Positions 59,909 through 64,000 of a DNA stretch of 64,000 bases are shown here, in pieces. The stretch's first letter is position 1. Every line of letters begins with the position of its first letter. This DNA is from Bacteroidota bacterium (GTDB taxonomy: Bacteria; Bacteroidota; Bacteroidia; 2-12-FULL-35-15), in NCBI GenBank assembly GCA_023251835.1, contig JAHEXZ010000018.1, positions 1,383 to 65,382 on the forward strand, given 5' to 3'. Below the pieces are notes generated by a model. It ran no database searches and was not told where the DNA came from. It worked only from the letters and a program-made list of their open reading frames with translations. Position numbers and translations under genes: made by a program.

Positions 59909-60313
59909 ATGAATATTAAAGAAATAAATTTTGCATCTGAACTTCATTTCAAAACCAGTCGCAGCGGTGGGGCTGGTGGGCAAAATGTAAATAAAGTTTC
60001 TACAAAAGTAGAACTTGATTTCGATATTGTAAATTCCATACTACTTTCCGAAGAACAAAAATCTGTTCTTTTGACAAAATTAAAAAACAGGATTACTAAG
60101 GAAGGTGTACTCCAAATTATAGTTCAGACGGAACGTTCACAACTGGAAAATAAAGAAATCGCGATTAAAAAACTTTATGAACTTTTTGTCAAAAGTTTTG
60201 TAAAGCCTAAGAAACGTAGGCCAACCAACCCTTCTAAATCATCGAAAGAAAAAAGACTAAAAGCCAAGAAAATGAAGTCGGATATTAAAAAAATACGTAG
60301 AGCAGACTGGTAG
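59909..60313 (+). CDS. arfB: alternative ribosome-rescue factor ArfB (peptidyl-tRNA hydrolase, GGQ class)
   Basis: 134 aa; SRSGGAGGQNVNKVSTKVEL GGQ motif; basic C-terminal tail KPKKRRPTNPSKSSKEKRLKAKK. Confidence 0.8.
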   Translation: MNIKEINFASELHFKTSRSGGAGGQNVNKVSTKVELDFDIVNSILLSEEQKSVLLTKLKNRITKEGVLQIIVQTERSQLENKEIAIKKLYELFVKSFVKPKKRRPTNPSKSSKEKRLKAKKMKSDIKKIRRADW

Positions 60314-60338
60314 GGTCTGGTTAATTTTTATGGTTATT

Positions 60339-61028
60339 CTAACCACTAATCATTTTTAAAAATTCATTCCAAAGCACCTCATTAGGTGGTGGGGCAATAA
60401 TAATAACAGGCTCTTTTTTTACGGGATGTATAAATTCTACTTTTCTGGCATGAAGATGTATCGAAGCATCTTTATTACTCCTGTTGAAACCATATTTTAA
60501 ATCTCCTTTTATTGGGCAACCAATTTTCGAAAGCTGTACCCTTATCTGGTGATGACGCCCTGTATGAGGTTTTATTTCCAATAAATAATAATTGTCAGAA
60601 CTGGCAATTAATTTATAATCCAATTCTGCACGAAGCGCACCTTTCATTTCCTTATCAAACGCTTTTGATATGTTTTTTGCCTCATTCTTTATTAGGTAGT
60701 GAATTAGTTTACCACTCGAAGATTGAGGTTTGTTTTTAACAACCGCCCAATACGTTTTTTGGATTTCCTTCCCCTGGAACATCTGATTGAGACGCGTCAA
60801 TGCTTTACTGGTTTTTGCAAAAAGCACTATTCCGCTTACAGGTCTGTCAATACGATGAACAGTGCCTATAAATACATCTCCGGGCTTTTTGTATTTCTGT
60901 TTTATATACTGCTTTACAAAATCACTTAAAGGAGTATCGCCAGTTTTGTCTCCCTGAACAATATCAGATGGCTTTTTATTGATAGCTATTATGTGATTGT
61001 CTTCGTAAAGAATTTCCAATTTATTCAT
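60339..61028 (-). CDS. RluA-family pseudouridine synthase
   Basis: 229 aa; catalytic Asp motif HRIDRPVSGIVLFAKT. Confidence 0.8.
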   Translation of the reverse strand: MNKLEILYEDNHIIAINKKPSDIVQGDKTGDTPLSDFVKQYIKQKYKKPGDVFIGTVHRIDRPVSGIVLFAKTSKALTRLNQMFQGKEIQKTYWAVVKNKPQSSSGKLIHYLIKNEAKNISKAFDKEMKGALRAELDYKLIASSDNYYLLEIKPHTGRHHQIRVQLSKIGCPIKGDLKYGFNRSNKDASIHLHARKVEFIHPVKKEPVIIIAPPPNEVLWNEFLKMISG

Positions 61029-61149
61029 AGTTGTTTTGTAAAGTTTACTAATAGAGCAAGTTTCAAATTGCTTATCAGTAAATAGTTTAACACCTTTCCG
61101 GCATAATCAGTAATTCGTATCTTTCGTAAAAGATTCGTAATTAGTTGGA

Positions 61150-61992
61150 TTAATACTGCTCATTTGCATTCGGAAAATCTCTCGATTTTACATCTTTGAT
61201 ATACTGCCCTACGGCACTTTTTATATCATCATATAAACTCAAATAACGCCTAAGAAAACGAGGGCTGAATTCATGAGTTAACCCCACCATATCATGGAAA
61301 ACAAGTACTTGTCCATCTACTCCACCACCAGCTCCAATGCCGATTACCGGTATAGTCAACTCTTTTGCAACGTTTTCAGCTAATTTGGCCGGAATTTTCT
61401 CTAACACCAATGCAAAACATCCTACCTTTTCTAATATTTTAGCATCTTCTATTAAACATTTTGCTTCATCTTCTTCTTTGGCTCTTACACTATACGTTCC
61501 AAATTTATAAATACTTTGAGGAGTAAGTCCCAAATGCCCCATCACAGGAATACCAGCTGTTAAAATACGCTCTATAGATTCTTTCACTTCACTGCCCCCT
61601 TCTAATTTAACAGCATGGGCGCCACTCTCTTTCATTATTCTTATAGCAGAATTTAATGCCTCTTTTGAATTTCCCTGGTAGGAACCAAAAGGCAGGTCTA
61701 CTACTATTAAAGCACGATCCACGGCACGTACCACAGAGGATGCATGGTAAATCATTTGATCAAGTGTAATAGGTAAAGTAGTTTCATGGCCAGCCATCAC
61801 ATTTGATGCAGAGTCCCCTACAAGTATAACATCAATACCCGCATGGTCAACAATTTTTGCCATGGTATAATCATAAGCTGTTAGCATAGATATTTTTTCA
61901 CCGTGGTGTTTCATCTCCAACAATACATGGGTAGTGACTTTTTTAACTTCCTTATGAACTGACATTTTGTACCTGTTTTTAAATTTCGACAA
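61150..61992 (-). CDS. panB: 3-methyl-2-oxobutanoate hydroxymethyltransferase
   Basis: [40 protein letters not shown] is a PanB hallmark; start may be the internal MSVHK (61962). Confidence 0.85.
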   Translation of the reverse strand: MSKFKNRYKMSVHKEVKKVTTHVLLEMKHHGEKISMLTAYDYTMAKIVDHAGIDVILVGDSASNVMAGHETTLPITLDQMIYHASSVVRAVDRALIVVDLPFGSYQGNSKEALNSAIRIMKESGAHAVKLEGGSEVKESIERILTAGIPVMGHLGLTPQSIYKFGTYSVRAKEEDEAKCLIEDAKILEKVGCFALVLEKIPAKLAENVAKELTIPVIGIGAGGGVDGQVLVFHDMVGLTHEFSPRFLRRYLSLYDDIKSAVGQYIKDVKSRDFPNANEQY

Positions 61993-62187
61993 ATCTACAA
62001 ATTGTTTTCTAATGGCTTTTTGTTTAACTCATTCTTTGAAAAGATTATCACGGCTTTCTTATAAAAACTACCAACAATAAGATGTTGATTTAAAGAATGT
62101 TATTAAAGTAATTGAGCTGCTTTAGCATATTAGTTTTGTTTTGGACCCAAAAACTATACATAGCATGAGTACCTCAATTACAGCACA

Positions 62188-62496
62188 ATGTACAACTTTT
62201 TACGAACTAATAAAGGATATAGTCCTTTAAAAAAGGACTACAAAAATTTAGAACAACAGTCTTCCGAAAAGGGTAAAGCATTTAAAGATGTTCATGTTCA
62301 CATTATGAATTTAAAAGGATGGCTTAGAGGGATACATCATCATTCGAGTAAAGAAAGATTGCAAGGGTATTTTGATGAATACCATTTTAGGTATAACAGA
62401 TGAAATAATATGGGGACAATATTCAATATACTCCTTAGACGAATGGTTATGAATGAACCAAAGCGAATATTAGCAAACAGTTCAAAAGAGACTTAA
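62188..62496 (+). pseudogene. IS1595-family transposase remnant (C-terminal fragment, frameshifted)
   Basis: The 71-aa ORF ends GWLRGIHHHSSKERLQGYFDEYHFRYNR, the conserved C-terminus of IS1595/ISXO2-like DDE transposases. The next segment (MGTIFNILLRRMV...) continues in another frame. No N-terminal DDE region lies upstream, where panB is located. Confidence 0.5.
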
Positions 62497-62597
62497 ACGA
62501 TTATAGCTATAAATCAAATTTAATCAAAAGAAGTAAGCCGGTTTATCAGCGAGTCAAAGTTAAAAGTGATCAGTATTTGCTTTTTAGGATATGAGTC

Positions 62598-63107
62598 TTA
62601 GTTTGCGTGGAATGCTTGTAAATTCTTTTTACGCAGTATTGCACTGGCAGCTAATGACATCAGCAAACCGATAATTAATGTTGACATAAACACGCGAAAT
62701 GAACCAAAATAACTGATAACAAGCTCTATATTTTTAGGAATATCCCCCTCCTTTACTTTACTTTCAATCATTGACTTTTTAGCTTCACTCACAAAAAAAC
62801 TAATTGCATCAGGAACAATAAATTTGTAATAAGTATAGCTAAAAAGAGCAATGCTAAATGAAAGCACAATGGAGTATAATACTCCACATTTTAGTGCATC
62901 TTTAAATTCAATAAAACCATTGTTGTGTTTACGTTCATAAAAGATAGAAACAGGGATACCAATCAACAATAATAATAAGGTTACATAGTAACGATATTGC
63001 TCCACATTAAATGAGTAATAATTCAATGAGCGTGCAATAATATACCAGGCAATACAATTAATTAATCCTGCTGCTATTGCTAATTTTACGTTTATGCCAA
63101 TTTTCAT
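62598..63107 (-). CDS. DUF4199-family small membrane protein
   Basis: 169 aa, 4 TM, common Bacteroidota family located upstream of rho. Confidence 0.55.
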   Translation of the reverse strand: MKIGINVKLAIAAGLINCIAWYIIARSLNYYSFNVEQYRYYVTLLLLLIGIPVSIFYERKHNNGFIEFKDALKCGVLYSIVLSFSIALFSYTYYKFIVPDAISFFVSEAKKSMIESKVKEGDIPKNIELVISYFGSFRVFMSTLIIGLLMSLAASAILRKKNLQAFHAN

Positions 63108-63158
63108 TCTATGAATTATCCCTTCAACTGCGCTCAGGGTGACTTTGAGTTTACTGAA

Positions 63159-64000
63159 CTATCCGTTCATCGAAATCAGAAACTCTTCATTTGTTTGGGT
63201 GTTTTTCATACGGTCTTTCATAAACTCCATTGCTTCTACAGGGTTCATGTCCGACAGGTGTTTACGTAAAATCCAAACACGTTGTAATGTTTCTTTATCT
63301 ACCAATAAGTCATCTCTTCGAGTACTTGAGGCAACAATGTCAATAGCAGGATAAACCCGTTTATTAGACAGTTTTCGGTCGAGCTGAATTTCAGAGTTGC
63401 CGGTTCCTTTGAACTCTTCAAAGATTACTTCATCCATTTTAGAGCCTGTTTCAGTTAATGCAGTAGCAATGATGGTAAGTGATCCGCCACCTTCAATTTT
63501 ACGGGCTGCACCAAAGAAACGTTTTGGTTTGTGTAATGCGTTAGCATCAACACCACCACTCAATACCTTGCCTGATGCCGGTTGTACGGTGTTATAAGCA
63601 CGTGCCAGACGTGTAATGGAATCCAGTAAAATACATACATCATGTCCACATTCCACCATACGTTTTGCTTTTTCCAGTACAATATTTGCAATTTTAACAT
63701 GGCGTTCTGCAGGTTCATCAAATGTAGATGCAATTACTTCTGCTTTTACGCTTCGTGCCATATCAGTTACCTCTTCCGGGCGTTCATCAATCAACAGAAT
63801 AATAAGATATGTTTCAGGATGGTTGGCAGCAATAGCATTTGCAATGTCTTTTAGTAAAACTGTTTTACCGGTTTTAGGCTGAGCAACAATCAGTGCACGT
63901 TGCCCTTTACCAATAGGAGTAATCAGGTCAACAATACGTGATGATAAGTTTTGTTGTGGATGGCCTGTTAAATGAAATTTTTCATATGGGAAAAGCGGTG
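63159..64000 (-). CDS. rho: transcription termination factor Rho; 5' end beyond window
   Basis: Minus-strand translation reads ...[60 protein letters not shown]...[14 protein letters not shown] and continues to the window edge. The track ORF at 63159..63794 is only the part after an internal Met. Confidence 0.9.
   Translation of the reverse strand, partial: PLFPYEKFHLTGHPQQNLSSRIVDLITPIGKGQRALIVAQPKTGKTVLLKDIANAIAANHPETYLIILLIDERPEEVTDMARSVKAEVIASTFDEPAERHVKIANIVLEKAKRMVECGHDVCILLDSITRLARAYNTVQPASGKVLSGGVDANALHKPKRFFGAARKIEGGGSLTIIATALTETGSKMDEVIFEEFKGTGNSEIQLDRKLSNKRVYPAIDIVASSTRRDDLLVDKETLQRVWILRKHLSDMNPVEAMEFMKDRMKNTQTNEEFLISMNG

Noticed and set aside
63139-63882. Plus-strand ORFs antisense to rho
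   Set aside because: The minus strand encodes a near-perfect Rho sequence, so these are shadow ORFs.
1-64000. CRISPR arrays, tRNA/rRNA genes, prophage or integrase signatures
   Set aside because: No regularly spaced direct repeats were seen, and no tRNA-like GC-rich 75-nt segments (no GTTCGAATC-type T-arm). No phage structural or integrase-like proteins were seen. The only mobile-element trace is the IS1595 remnant.

Overview
Low-GC, Bacteroidota-like chromosomal segment (assignment inferred from codon usage, FadL/PorV-like and TonB-C proteins, and DUF4139/DUF3108/DUF4199 families). Ordinary housekeeping genes flank both ends: lpdA, lnt, pssA, purS, lptB and tatC on the left, and murI, arfB, an rluA-family gene, panB and rho on the right. 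The centre (about 9.8-40.1 kb) is an unusually dense glycosylation island of roughly 30 kb. It holds at least 10-13 large multi-pass membrane proteins falling into four paralogous families. Several carry ArnT/PMT-like D-E loop motifs typical of GT-C glycosyltransferases. One family is repeated three times as a two-gene cassette, in which a small TM-anchored protein with a conserved NNGWH(I/V)VKDFNNG C-terminus is paired with a membrane protein of about 470 aa. Two GT2 polyprenyl-phosphate-sugar synthases (ArnC/DPM1-like) lie among them. A full nucleotide-sugar tailoring set is also present: a WbpB/WbpE/WbpD-like triad, a second DegT aminotransferase, a GNAT, a TylC3-like C-methyltransferase, an SDR reductase, an FdtA-like cupin and a tandem double Gmm-like NUDIX protein. 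The island further encodes an acyltransferase-3, a SAM methyltransferase and an MFS-spermidine-synthase fusion. No Wzx, Wzy, WaaL or initiating phosphoglycosyltransferase is recognisable. This suggests a lipid-linked-monosaccharide, multi-transferase periplasmic glycosylation system rather than a classical O-antigen locus. Other notable items are a C39-peptidase ABC exporter with an HlyD partner and an adjacent double-glycine-leader peptide gene, and a standalone PD-(D/E)xK-like protein upstream of a TonB-C-domain protein. There are also three copies of a 53-nt palindromic intergenic repeat whose G-U wobble pairs make the hairpin strand-specific, a GC-rich structured non-coding segment, and a truncated IS1595-family transposase remnant. 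No CRISPR array, tRNA or rRNA was seen.
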